Shown here: positions 28,131 through 40,400 of the stretch, one piece after another
How the letters are laid out: each line of letters opens with the position of its first letter
Numbering within the stretch: position 1 is the stretch's first letter
Assembly (NCBI GenBank): GCA_030248215.1
Contig: JASANG010002430.1
Span: forward strand, 62,001-126,000
Direction of reading: 5' to 3'
Origin: Enoplolaimus lenunculus
Taxonomy: Eukaryota
DNA length: 64,000 bases
The notes under the pieces: generated by a model
Database searches by the model: none
Told to the model about the DNA's origin: nothing
Seen by the model: only the letters and a program-made list of their open reading frames with translations
Program-made: the position numbers and the translations under genes

Positions 28131-29073
28131 CCTCATATATAATACACATTTTGAGTGGCACTGCGCTCCGCAGGAAATATGTAGCCATGTTACTTTTAGG
28201 GAGCATCGTTTTCCCGGAACTGCCACAGGCGATGATAGGCTCAAGATTTAAATTATTCTTGCAAATTTATACCATAGGATACTGTTATGACACTAATATT
28301 TCCAGGTGGTTGAATGTCTGAAAGCAAACATGTTATATTTTTCTACCGATTCAATTTAGCAGTTTTAACTGTTCCCCACAGAACTGAAATGTGGAGGGAC
28401 TGTCAATTTAATACAACAAAAAACGTTCCAAAGTTGAGCGCCTGGGTATGTGGTGTAGTACGGGCGCCTTTTTTATTTTAAATTCTAGGTTGACTGCCGC
28501 TCCCAAGCCCCTCGCTTTAAGCGATCCTCATACTACAGTGCTGTAATTTATAACATCCCATCTGTTCGAATTGTGAATTGTTTAATGTGGGGGTTTAGGG
28601 GCAGCTACTCCCATCCTGCTTAGAATCCTCTAAACTTGCGGGTCGCTCGGGGGTAGGACGACAACCCCCTGTACGAACTCAAAGAAACTTTTTCTGTGTG
28701 AGGGGAGCTTTCCCTTTTCGGGGAGTAAAGTGCCTTCAATTTAAGCATGCAGATATTCACAGGGCTTTCTGGAATACTAAAGAAAAATAGCTAATGCATT
28801 CAAATTTTCAGCTCATCTATAATCAAGGGCGGGCCTTATTTCTGAGTGACTGCTGTGCAATAAACTTAAGCTTTAGACTTATTTTTTTGCTAAGACTTGA
28901 CGTACATCGATTTGTACCGGACTCGGATAACCGGATACACCCTGATAATTTTATGAATAAACCAGGACAACACCGCACAAAAAACAATAATTAAAATGCT
29001 CTAAACAGGTATATAAAGTATCTGCAGATCCACTATATACAGTTTTCAAATTAAAACTAAATAATTAACCAGA

Positions 29074-30714
29074 TCATTGTTCCTCGCTCAATGGTGCATA
29101 CAAAATCTCGTTCGAAAACACGTCGGTGCTCGGTAACAAGTTTCTTCGACCACCAGAATTCGTCTGGTGACGCGATAGTTCTTTGACAATTTGCAGATTA
29201 GTTTTACCTTTTGTTTCTGGCAAATACCAACTCGAATAACTTATTCCAACTGATAACGGGCATATCAAAACCAACAGCGTGTAACCGTGTATCGCATTTA
29301 ACACACTTGGCATAAACAGCGTGAGAACAATATTCACCGCATACATCAGTGCTGTTCCAAACGCCACTACTGTCGCACGGTGATTTTGTGACCACATTTC
29401 TGCAATCATGCAGTACGTCGAAGGTCCCAGTCCTAACGAATACGTTGCGCCCCATAAATATAACGCAAATGCATAAATACCAACGGGCACTAATTCAGAT
29501 ATCGACCGTAACTCTTGTAATGTATCATTTTGAGTTGCATTAGCAATAATTGCAGTTGCAGTTAAAACCATTAACGCAATACAAGTCATCCAACCACTAG
29601 CGATAACAACAATTCGTCGACCAACCCGTTCAACTAAATCCAGTGACGCAACCGAAGCGACTAACATCGACACACCAATCCCGGTAGAAGTATATTGAGC
29701 TACAGATGTTGAAACTCCAAAACTCGTTAACATTTCAGTTGAATACGACAGTACAACTGCAGGTCCAGCAAAAACTTTCGCAATACAAAGTGCGAGCGTT
29801 ATCCGAAACGCATGCCGTAGGTTTCCAAACAACACTAGTGTGACAAGGCTAGACGATTGTGATTGTTGTAGATTCGAATCACTATCCCTTTCTTCTCCTG
29901 TACAATTCTCAGATTGGTGTTCTGGATCAGAATTAGTTTTTTGTTCTGCTGAAAAATTTTCAGATCGGTATTGCAATTCGCGTTCAAGCTCTTCTATCAC
30001 AGCGCTAACACAATGCTCACCTTGATAAAACGCAACACTCGCAGCGGCTTTGTCCTTGTCACGTTCACTCAACAAAGCATGGCGTGGTGACTCGTGAAAA
30101 TATGCTGTCATACCAATCCACTGGACAACGACAAACGCGCATGGAATATAAAACCCATAACACCACCTCCGCTTGCTCCCTAAAACCGGTGGCATTTCAA
30201 CTAAAAACGCAATAGTTTCACCAAAAATTGACGCCAAAAAATACGCGAATCCTAGCGGCCCACGTGCGTACAACGGTGCAATTTCTGTCAGATACACCGG
30301 TATAGCAACACTCGCGGCGCCAAGCGCTAAAGCGGATACAAATCGTCCACATAGTAGCGCCGCAAAATGGCCAATAGTAACACAGTTCGCTTGTAGCAGC
30401 AGTCCTAACAGTAACGGTACCGTAATCCAAGCCATTAGCTTTGTTCGACCGTAACGATCAGCGAGAAATCCAGCAAATAACGAACCAATGACTTGTCCGA
30501 CTTCTTTTGATGAAATTGTCGCCGACCAAATGAAATTTAAATCCTCAGGTGTTAATGAAGTTGAGTAACGTTCAACATACGATACGTTAATCCAGTCACG
30601 AATATACTGTTGTGGTTGATTGACTAGAACACCAATGTAGCCATTTTCTGCCGCTGATCCGAGCAGGATGACAACAGCAGCTGACCACAAGTGGAATGCA
30701 GGCAATGATAGCAT
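29074..30714 (-). CDS. MFS sugar porter (GLUT/SLC2-like), intronless, 546 aa
   Basis: Sugar-porter motifs ADRYGR, GRFVSALALG, PVYLTEIAPLYARG, ESPR, VERVGRR, LGLGP..Y...AEM and PETKGK; about 12 hydrophobic segments. Confidence 0.93.
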   Translation of the reverse strand: MLSLPAFHLWSAAVVILLGSAAENGYIGVLVNQPQQYIRDWINVSYVERYSTSLTPEDLNFIWSATISSKEVGQVIGSLFAGFLADRYGRTKLMAWITVPLLLGLLLQANCVTIGHFAALLCGRFVSALALGAASVAIPVYLTEIAPLYARGPLGFAYFLASIFGETIAFLVEMPPVLGSKRRWCYGFYIPCAFVVVQWIGMTAYFHESPRHALLSERDKDKAAASVAFYQGEHCVSAVIEELERELQYRSENFSAEQKTNSDPEHQSENCTGEERDSDSNLQQSQSSSLVTLVLFGNLRHAFRITLALCIAKVFAGPAVVLSYSTEMLTSFGVSTSVAQYTSTGIGVSMLVASVASLDLVERVGRRIVVIASGWMTCIALMVLTATAIIANATQNDTLQELRSISELVPVGIYAFALYLWGATYSLGLGPSTYCMIAEMWSQNHRATVVAFGTALMYAVNIVLTLFMPSVLNAIHGYTLLVLICPLSVGISYSSWYLPETKGKTNLQIVKELSRHQTNSGGRRNLLPSTDVFSNEILYAPLSEEQ

Positions 30715-31058
30715 TTTTTGGCGCCACCAGAAACACGAAATTTACGCTTCTAGATATTTTTAAAGCGTCATAATATATACTATAACAATTTGTATTTATA
30801 TCGATAAACTTAAAGTTTATAATATGTTATTATTTGCCACATTTCGCAAACGAATTTGTCGTAAGTGAAATTTTTCAGTTTTCCACATTAGTTTTTAGTC
30901 CCCAGGTGCCCTTTCAGTCTTTCTTTGTTTATCATTTTACCTTTAGTTTTTCTGAATTTTGCGCAAATTTCCAATCAAATATTGTACAGATAATTTTTCA
31001 GCCCATGTAAATATCAGGGGCGGAACGTTTCTCTACGGGACTACAATGGAGAAAACTT

Positions 31059-32310
31059 AAGGTTTAAACATTTTTTGCTTAGGTTAGGCTATAGGTATAA
31101 ACTAATTCTTACACTTAGACTTAGGCTTAGGGACATGTTCAGACTACCGTTGCAGTCATGTTCTATACATTGGCCGATTTTTCCTTACTATACTCATTCA
31201 CTACATTACCCTTCTTCACATTATGTTATATTTCACCCGATATCCTAGTCTCACGTAGAATTCGAACCCCGTACTCTCTCAATGTAAATTCCGATGAGTT
31301 GATGCCGTGCCAAAATACAACAATCCCATCACAAGAATTTGAGGTATCGTGGAAGGTAGGATTTTGGGTCTTCGGGATATGGTCGAAGGTGGTATTTTGG
31401 GATATAGTCGAAGGTGGGATTTTAAGATTTCGGGATATGGTCGATAGTGCGATTTTTGGATTTCGGGATGTGGTCGAAAGTGGTATTTTGGGACGCGGTC
31501 AAATGTGGGATTTTAGGGTGTGGTCGAAGGTTGGAGTTTGGGATTTCGGGATATGGTCGAAGGTTTGATTTTGGGATTCGTGGTATGTTGTAAGGTGGGA
31601 TTTTGGGTTTTCGAGATATGGTCGATGGTGTGGTTTGTGGGATTACGGGATATAGATGGGCACCTAGGGAAACATCCGATAGAATCTCTGTTGCAGTCGT
31701 TGTGGCCAACGCATGTATTTATTAATCAGTAGCAATTTTCTAAACCAAATGCCCAGCACTATTGATGCAGTTATAACTATTTTTAGAATTACTTGTTTTA
31801 AGCTCATAACAATCAGCTTGTGGGTCAGGGTACTTCCTTCAGAGCAACAAGTTAAAACAAAAACGAAAATTGTGGTTCGGAAACCCAAAAACGCAAAATC
31901 GAGTTTCGGACATCCGAAATAGAAAGGTTAATTTCCGATATTCGGATAAATAAGAATATTAAAAATATCCGATGCCCATCATTATTTCGGGATAGGGTCG
32001 AATGTGGGTTTTTGGGATATATGGTAGAAGGAGTATTTTGGAATTTCAGGATATGGTCGAAGGTGGGATGCTCCTAAAGCCTAAGCCTAAACCTAAGGCC
32101 TAGCCTAAGTTTAGCCCGATAGTCAGTTAAGATTTAATCTGTGTTTAAACAATAGCCTATTCCTAAAGCCTTAGCCTAAAGCCTAAGCCTAAGATTTAGT
32201 CCAAAGTTCATGTAAGATGTAATGTATATTTAAACCAAAGCCTATTCCTAAAGCCTCTGCGTTAGCCTAAGCCTATGTTATTTAAAGTCTAATCTATGTT
32301 TAAACCAAAG
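31059..32310. repeat. Foldback-like composite: TTAGGC-like arms around a GGGATATGGTCGAAGGT minisatellite
   Basis: Left arm TTAGG/TTAGGC motifs (31059-31131), right arm GCCTAA motifs (32073-32310); minisatellite at 31345-31650, resuming at 31984-32070. Confidence 0.6.
31652..31980. mobile_element. Short TIR element (GATGGGCA...TGCCCATC) interrupting the minisatellite
   Basis: The body is homologous to 33910-34744 but lacks the family A MITE. Confidence 0.6.
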
Positions 32311-32885
32311 CTTGAGAGGAAATCACAAAATCAAAATTCCAAAATCCCACCACATACAAAAGCTATCAATTTTTTGGTTGGGACGGCGAGATTTTGGGAC
32401 GGCAGTAAATTATACATGGAAAAGTTTATGAATCAACTCAGAGAGAATTAGTCATTTCCGGCTATTTCTGAGTTAATAACAGGAAACATTAACTCACTCT
32501 GATCTGATTCAGTGCCGGGTAAGTTGATTACTTAACTCAGACTGAGTTCAATCAATGTATAAATTCTGAGCTGTGAAAGACGTAATTCACAGCTCAGACC
32601 TCTGAGTGAATTCAACTCATTCTAGTTACAATTAACTCATAAAACTTTACAGCGCGGGTGTACGATTTTACAAGCACTGGTAGTTATAGACTTGGAGCTC
32701 TAGGCCAATGAGGCTCTTATTGCAGAGATACGGTGCAATGCAACTGCTTCTTAAGAGCCATAAAGATGACGAATTTTCCGATATTTCAGTAAACAAAATG
32801 AACATTAGTTATGGATCATCCACGTAATGCGCATATAGTTGTAAAAAATTGTCCACCCACACCCTTTGGACCGGTGTTAAAACCA

Positions 32886-34744
32886 TAGATGGGCACCAGA
32901 TATCCGGATATGAAAAATATCCGGATATGTATCCGAAATGAAACGTGTATCCGGATATACGGTATCCGCCGGATACCCGAAATGCCTTTGTCTAAAAATT
33001 TTTTTTGAATAATCTGCATGATTTCACCACCAAAGTAGCTGGAGCTGATGAAAAAATTCTGTATCCAAACCTCAGTCAGAATATTAAACCACATTTTTGC
33101 ATAATTGTTCCATGATGATTTAAAATCTTTATTTCTTAACTAAAACATACCAATATTCCAAAAACTTTAGATTAGCGTGATATATACAGGTAAAATGACT
33201 TCGTATTTTTAGTTCGTCTTACAATTAACCCAGCGAAGTCTTTGCATCGAACACGCACCGCCAAGTCCTAATTTTATTGTAATAATAGAAACCACTACGG
33301 CCCTAAAAGTAACATGGGCCTGAGTTTCTGTAGAATTCGATATACGGCTGGGTTTCACACAGGTCTAGCTTTATCCGTAAATTCAATGCAACGCTAATTT
33401 ACCTCTGGGACGTTCTAGCGGTTTTATTTAACACAAAGTTTTTCTGAGTTAACACTTCGTGTATCCGAGAATGATGATAGCAAGTTTACTGAGAACAGTA
33501 TGATATAGACTACAGATGAACACCGGATATCCGGTCCGGATAAGAAAAATGTCCAAGAACCCCTACCGTACAATTTGTCACCACTCCCCACATAAATTAT
33601 TTGTGATAAAATGATATGGTCATTCATTACCTTACAATTTGTCCTCTCATCATAATACTTTCGTTATAAAATAGGGTCCTACTTTATAATTTTTCCCGCT
33701 AAGAAAACTTTTTGGAGAAAAATTGCGTTTCAAAATATTTACCATCCCGACCATTTAGAAATTTCTGGAACCGCTGCTCAAAGTGCGACACCAGTATAAG
33801 TAAGATGGCTGATCTTTGTACGACTTAGCGTAAGTGTATTTCAATCTGGCTCTTTGGTCCTGGAACTAAAACGATTCAAGTATATATAGTTCGAGTTAAG
33901 GGTTATATTCGATGGAATCTCTATTGCAGTGGTTTAAATAAGGCAAAGGACAAGCCAAACCAACTCAATTTTAAGTTGTCAACGCAAGTATTTATTTAGT
34001 AGTCAGTCGCAATCTTCTAAACTGAATACCCAGAACAATTGAGGTACTGTAGTGACTAGTGAGTGAACCGAATAAGAGGGAGGGGCTGATATTTATTTGA
34101 CCTCTCCAGAGGGTACCCCCTGTTATTCGGTTACGGACTGTTATTTATTTTTATCCCGTCCTCCGCCACACTTCGTTACACATATATCCGGTATTGTAAC
34201 AAACCCTTGAATTGAATGTTTATTTGCCTTGTATCAAAAGCTTAGCCATAATGCAAGGTTATTATTACGAACGTACTTTGAAAACTTAAGTACGCTTCAA
34301 AGCTTTGAACTCACCTTTATTTGGTTCTTGAGTTATTTATGCGCTACAATTAGGAATAATTGACATTTATGGACTCTAATTAGGGTTTAGGGACACTATG
34401 CGCTTTCGGACTCTTATTAGGGATACGGACTCCTATTGATTGGGACTCAAAATGGGTACCCCCTCTTATTCGGGTCAATACAGTACTGTCATAATAAATA
34501 CCGATTTTTAGAATTGTATCTTTTATGCTCATCAATTTGCTTGAGGGTCAGGGTACTTCCTTTAGGGCAACAAGTTAAAACAAGTGCTTAAGAAACGAAA
34601 ATTGCGGTTCGGAAACTCAAAAAACACAAAATCGAGTTTCGGATATCCGAAATAGAAAATATCATTTCAGATATCCGGATATATCCGGATAAATATCCGG
34701 CAAGAATTGCCGGATATGAAAAAATATCCGATGCCCATCCCTAT
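32886..34744. mobile_element. Larger ATAGATGGGCA...TGCCCATCCCTAT TIR element with ATCCGGAT subterminal repeats
   Basis: Inverted termini and CCGGATA repeats at both ends; contains a nested family A MITE. Confidence 0.55.
34047..34483. mobile_element. Tc1/mariner-type MITE (family A), nested
   Basis: TA-flanked and homologous to 3286-3737; the empty-site equivalent is seen near 31760. Confidence 0.85.
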
Positions 34745-35950
34745 TTAAAACACGATGCTATAACGAGGGTCAGATGACAACACACACCCTGTCTTAGAGA
34801 GTCGGTTTTGTCCTGACAGTGTTCCAAGAGAGTAGGGACAAAACACAGTCGCTCGGTAGGGACTGCGGACAAAACGCAGACTCGCGCTACTTTTAATTTT
34901 TTGTGCATAGCTTCTGCTAAAACAAACGTACAATAGACCCTTCGAACAGTGTCTTGTTACAGTGTAAGGACATTATGCACTGTGTTCTGTGAGTGTAGCA
35001 GCATTGGAGACGCTGCAAGCAGGATGTCTGCGTTGCCCTTGGATTCTGCAAAGAGACTAGTTCTAAATAACATCCTTCCTACAGTTCATGAAAATGACAT
35101 AGGTCCTTACACACATCTGGACAATTTTTTACACTAGTGCACGCACTATTACGTGAATGGCCCATTACCAAAAAACTAGTATCTGTTTCCGTCCTGCATA
35201 CTCTGTGCAGGAAGGGCTGAAATCCAAAAGGTTATAACCTACTGAACGAATAGTGAATCGAAAAAACTGGTCGTTAAGTATGGTGCAATCGGATCAGCTT
35301 CCAGTAAAAATAGTCGTCCGTATAGACAGAACGACAACCCCCGTTGTTTCAATGCTCATACAATTACGTACATGATTTATTGCAAATCACGCACATATTA
35401 CTGAACTTTTCTTTACAAATCTGCAATTGTTTGATTTAAATAATGAAATTCTTCCGCAATCTTCAGTTTCGGATGTATTCCAATTTTATTCGCTCAAATT
35501 GTTGAAAGCCTGGTGAATATGTATTGGCTTCAATATCCCGTTTCCGTTATTTTGATCATAATTCGTTATTTTACTTCAGCCAAGTTCCATTTTCATGTAT
35601 TGGTTATTCGCACCAAATATCCAGTAATCACTTGAGTAAATCATTTACTGATAAGAAAATGATGTTTACATAATAAATACATGCAACACATATAAAGCGA
35701 AATAAAACAATGAAACACCAGAATCGAGCTTTACAGAAGCAGCAACTAAAATATACGAGAAATTAGCAATGCTCGTTTATAGTTGCACAATACTGAAAAT
35801 TAATCTGCTCGTCGTTTAAAATGTCTCCTTAATTACATGCCATACTAGATTAACAAAAATGTCCAAAGCATTTGCTGTTCATATTTTCCAAAAACACTCC
35901 AAAAAATCCCAAGCATAACAGACAAGACTTTATATCACAATAATCACTTT

Positions 35951-36666
35951 TTATAAAATTGTTGTCAGTTTTGCAACGTTTCTATTAGTCGATTTCTCTA
36001 GATCTCCTTTCGAGGCGTCTGTCGGTGTTTGCGAAGGCTTCTCTTGTTGTCCACGACAACTTTGTTCCACTTGCCCTCCAGAGTCATTCTGTTTCCCGTT
36101 GTCCGAACCTTCACTGCTGCTTTTCATTATTTCTTCATTCTTGGCACCATTTTTGCTACTCATTTTCGCATCATTTTCTGCTTCTGTCAACACGTTTGTC
36201 GCAGTAACTTCTCTTGATTCTGTGTCAGCTCCATCATCGCTGTCTTTGTCTTCAAATCCATGATCTCCGGGATTGTTGACTTCCTCGGGATCTACGAATG
36301 TTATCTCGTCAGGATTCGGAGCCGCTGGCAAAAATTCTTCATCGGGCCATATTCGGCGAAACTCAGCTGCTGCCTGAAAACAGTTTAAGGTTATGATAAC
36401 TAAGTTGTATGTATGTCCCACCAACTTCTTCACAAATCATTTACGCCACTAAACCATCCCGCCGTAATTTGTCACAAACATATTTCTTCTATATCATTTT
36501 GGTTTCACTCGGAATACTACAGGTCTCAATCAAAACAACATGGATGTTAGCCTTATGGTCCGTTTATTCTTTGATAAGGAAAAATAAAATTAATAACAAC
36601 ACCGCCACCACCACCACCACCAACAACAACTACTACTACAACAACACCGCCACCACCACCACCAGC

Positions 36667-36713
<47 letters not shown>

Positions 36714-37399
36714 AGGGCGCTCGCAAAAGTGGATCCAAACCGAACCATCGTCTTCTACACAGACTCTCAGTCACTAGCGAGACGCCTCCAAGTTGGGCCC
36801 AGCATAGCTTCGAACGACCTGGAAATCTCTCTGGACAACATTAGCTAGATTGTCGGATCTAGCTCAAGCTATCATAGTGCAGTGGATCCCCGGCCATTCT
36901 GGGCTAGTTGGCACCGACAATGCGGATAGACTCGCCAACGAAGCAACCCAATTACAACAACAACATGTTTCAATCAATACCCAATGCATCAAAGCAGCAA
37001 TCAGCAGGGCGGTCTCATCAGCCTGGAGGGCTTCGCTCCGACATGCCACCCAGCCTGACCGCCCTCGCCCGCCGCCCCACAGGGACAAAAAAATTGGTCT
37101 CAGCCGCAACGAACGACGTATACTATCACACCTCCGTGCCGGTGCTCACTGCACCATCCTGCGATCATTTGCATATCGCATCGGTAGCGCGGAAGATGCT
37201 AATTGTCATTTCTGTGGCGAGGAGGACGCTCTTGAACACGTGCTGACAATGTGTCCCAGTGGCGACGCCGCTCGTCAACAATACCTCGACGGAGCGGCAA
37301 CGATTGACAAGCTTTGGACGGCACCTCAAACAGTGATGCAATATCTCCGCGCATGTGACAGGATTACTCCCGTCAACGATCAGCCATGATCGCGGGGCC

Positions 37400-37455
<56 letters not shown>

Positions 37456-40400
37456 TTAACAACAACAAACACACAATTTAAATAGTTCTTCCGGTAGGCC
37501 GGAGTACGACTGCCATGAATTTTACCGTTTCTAATGTATACCTCTTCGCCAAGATATTCTACCATATACCAACTCTTCCTATTACCGCAAAGTATATTAC
37601 CTGTTCAACCACGTTGCCATAATCGATTGAGCCATCGGGCAACGGCGTAATCACTGCGTTTTCGAGTGAAAATGGTACCGATGACACATCAAGTTCGTAA
37701 TCTTGATTTTCTGACTCTCGAGCAATAACTTCTCTTCTTCGAGTAACAGCTTGATCGTATACGCAGCTCCACAGTAGTTTTGGTTTGCTGGCAACACTTC
37801 CGCTCTCTACACATGGTGGAGTCACCTCTAAGGTCAAAAAGTTTAAAATCTGGTTTAAATTTACGTAAGTACACCGTGTGATATGAAATATGAATTATGT
37901 CACAATATTAAAAAATTTGGTGTACATTACATAACGCAATACGGTACGGAAGTTATGTAATCAGAACGCGAAACTAACCATAAGAATTCGCCTTGTGGTT
38001 CAAAGTCCCACTTTAATACCAAACTTACCATTTTGCCTTCCTTTTTCGTCTGAATCATGTACATTGAACAACTTTTCAATGACAGGCCACAAGTTTGACT
38101 GAGCGTGTTCTCCGGAACTGTGATCACAAGGTGAACTCATGTACACAATATCTAAACATTATTATCATAAAGACAATCAGGGAGACACAACCTGAGTTTC
38201 CGCTATTGTTTCAGTTGTTACGGGCAACCGGGCTTGCATGTTTGGTAGTGTCAGGGTATACACCGAACAGCCTTGTGCCTACATATTTGATAACACATAC
38301 AGCCGACGATGGCTTCACGGAGAAAAGTATGAAACTTGCATACGATCGCAAGGTACCAATTGGACCAGGGCGCGTTCCGTTTTTACCCGGATTCTTTTTT
38401 GTTTTTCAATGGGATGCCCATCAGTTGAACGCGAAGCGTTAAGAATATAATCGAAACGACCTCGTTTCCAATTGTAAATAATGCTGAAATGTACTAGTAC
38501 ACCCTCATAAATGGGGGAGGGAAGTCGGCAAAATACAATGCGGGTTGGGTACATTCCTTTTAACACAGAATGTACCGAGGTGTATACTCTTGTCAGTTTG
38601 ATTATATTATAATCTTTATTAACCTTTAACTACAAAAGAATAGAAAATAATTTTAAAACATACATGTATCCTTTGGGCACACCATTGAAGTTGACCCAAC
38701 TTCAATTAATTTCACACATCGACCGGTTGTTTCATCAACAAAATTTAACACAGACACCTACAATGCAAACAAAAATGTATACACACGTACAGGGATGGGC
38801 GGTTTCGGTCCAAAAAGCCAGACCGAGACCCAATATACCGATGCCAAGGCTTTTGGTTTCGATCTCGGTCAATTTCTAACCATTACCGAAAAAAAAATTT
38901 TTTTAACGAAAAGTTTTGAATATTTTTATCTGCTTTGAATTACCGCTTCATACAACTAAACTAATAAATTGCCACCACAATTTTGTAAGCATGTGAGACA
39001 CGATTGTCCGTTATGGCACATGCAATAGAGTGCAATGCACTGTATGTATGCTAGCTGGCAGCATAGGGTCGAGACATATAGTCGAAGAAAAATGCAGTTA
39101 GAGAGGTGGGCTACGTGGCGCAGTGGTAGAGTATTCGCTTAAGGATCCGTAGGCTAAGATTTTAATCCCCACTCCAGAGGCCCGCTTTTCAAGCTGCTTA
39201 GTAGAAAGGTCTGATGTCCCTCAGTTCCAAACTAGACTGACATGAGGGCTACGTTGTGAGCACAATGGTAAACTGACGCGCTATGAACACAGTATCCAGT
39301 CGAAAATAGGATGGACGGTGAAGGGACGACCTTGGTGAAAATAAGGGCATGTAAGCATATGAGACATGCTTGTCTGTTATGCGCACATGCAATAGAGTGC
39401 AGTGCACTGTATGTTTGCTAGCTGGCAGCATACGCTCGACACATAGTCGACAAAAAATGCAGTTGGAGAGGCGGCCTACGTGGCGCAGTGGTACAGTACT
39501 CGCTTAAGTATCCGTAGGCTGAGAGTTCGATCCCCGCTGCGGAGACCCGCTTTTCAAGCTGCTTAGTAAAAGGTCTGATGTCCCGGTTCCTACCTAGACT
39601 GACAAATTTCTTTTTTAGTTTATTTTTCACTTGGCTGCAGGGTGGCAACAAAGGTTCGGATTTGGATTCGGCAAAAATTTGAGGTTCGGATTGGAAATCA
39701 GTTGTGGAAAAGCCGAATCCAACAAAGTTCGGCAAAATGTTTTTTTTCATTTTTAAGCAATAAAATTTTTAATTACCTTGCTATAAAAATCAATATTTTT
39801 CTTTCAGGTGAGAAATCTCAGAACTGACGTCGGGACGAAATATATTAACGTATTAAAAGTTAACATTCTGAAACAAATTATAGATATATCTGAAATTTGC
39901 AACATGCAGGATTCGGATTCGGTTTCGGATTCGGCAAATTAGCACTGGATTCGGATTCGGTCAAATCGTTGATTCGGTGCCACCCTGCTTGGCTGCTGTC
40001 GCCATACCCTTCTAACAGGCTCGGTACAAATCACAGTGTCTCAAAACACTCTCGGTACAATCCCTGATTCAGAGCTATAGTGTTGTTTTTGCTTCCGGCA
40101 AACCGAATAGACTAGGAAATTTTTAACACAGCGTGACGTTATAAATGCGGATGACCCATAATTTTTTAAACGATGCCTTAATTGTTTTAAACGCGAAAAT
40201 GCAACTATTTGTGCTTTGTCACAATAAAATCAATGGGTTTCCTTTCAAAAATTGAATTTTGGCTAACTGGAGGGGTCATTCTGTTTGTCAAATTGCAGTA
40301 TAACCAGGTAGCTGTGCTCCACAACCGTTCGCTGTCTGTGTGGTAGGCGAAATGAGCAAGTAGTTCCAGGCCAAATCTGCGATCTAAGGAAATTTTTTGT

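Noticed and set aside
36409..36777. Poly-Asn and poly-Val ORFs
   Set aside because: Artefacts of the (AAC)n microsatellite.
39208..39330. HDV-like (theta-type) or hammerhead ribozyme downstream of the tRNA-like module
   Set aside because: GGTCTG/TAGACT and GTCCC/GGGAC pairings are possible, but P3 is not conserved across the five copies, the loop is too short and there is no canonical catalytic C motif. CTGATGT is not a hammerhead core. LTR end plus PBS explains the segment better.
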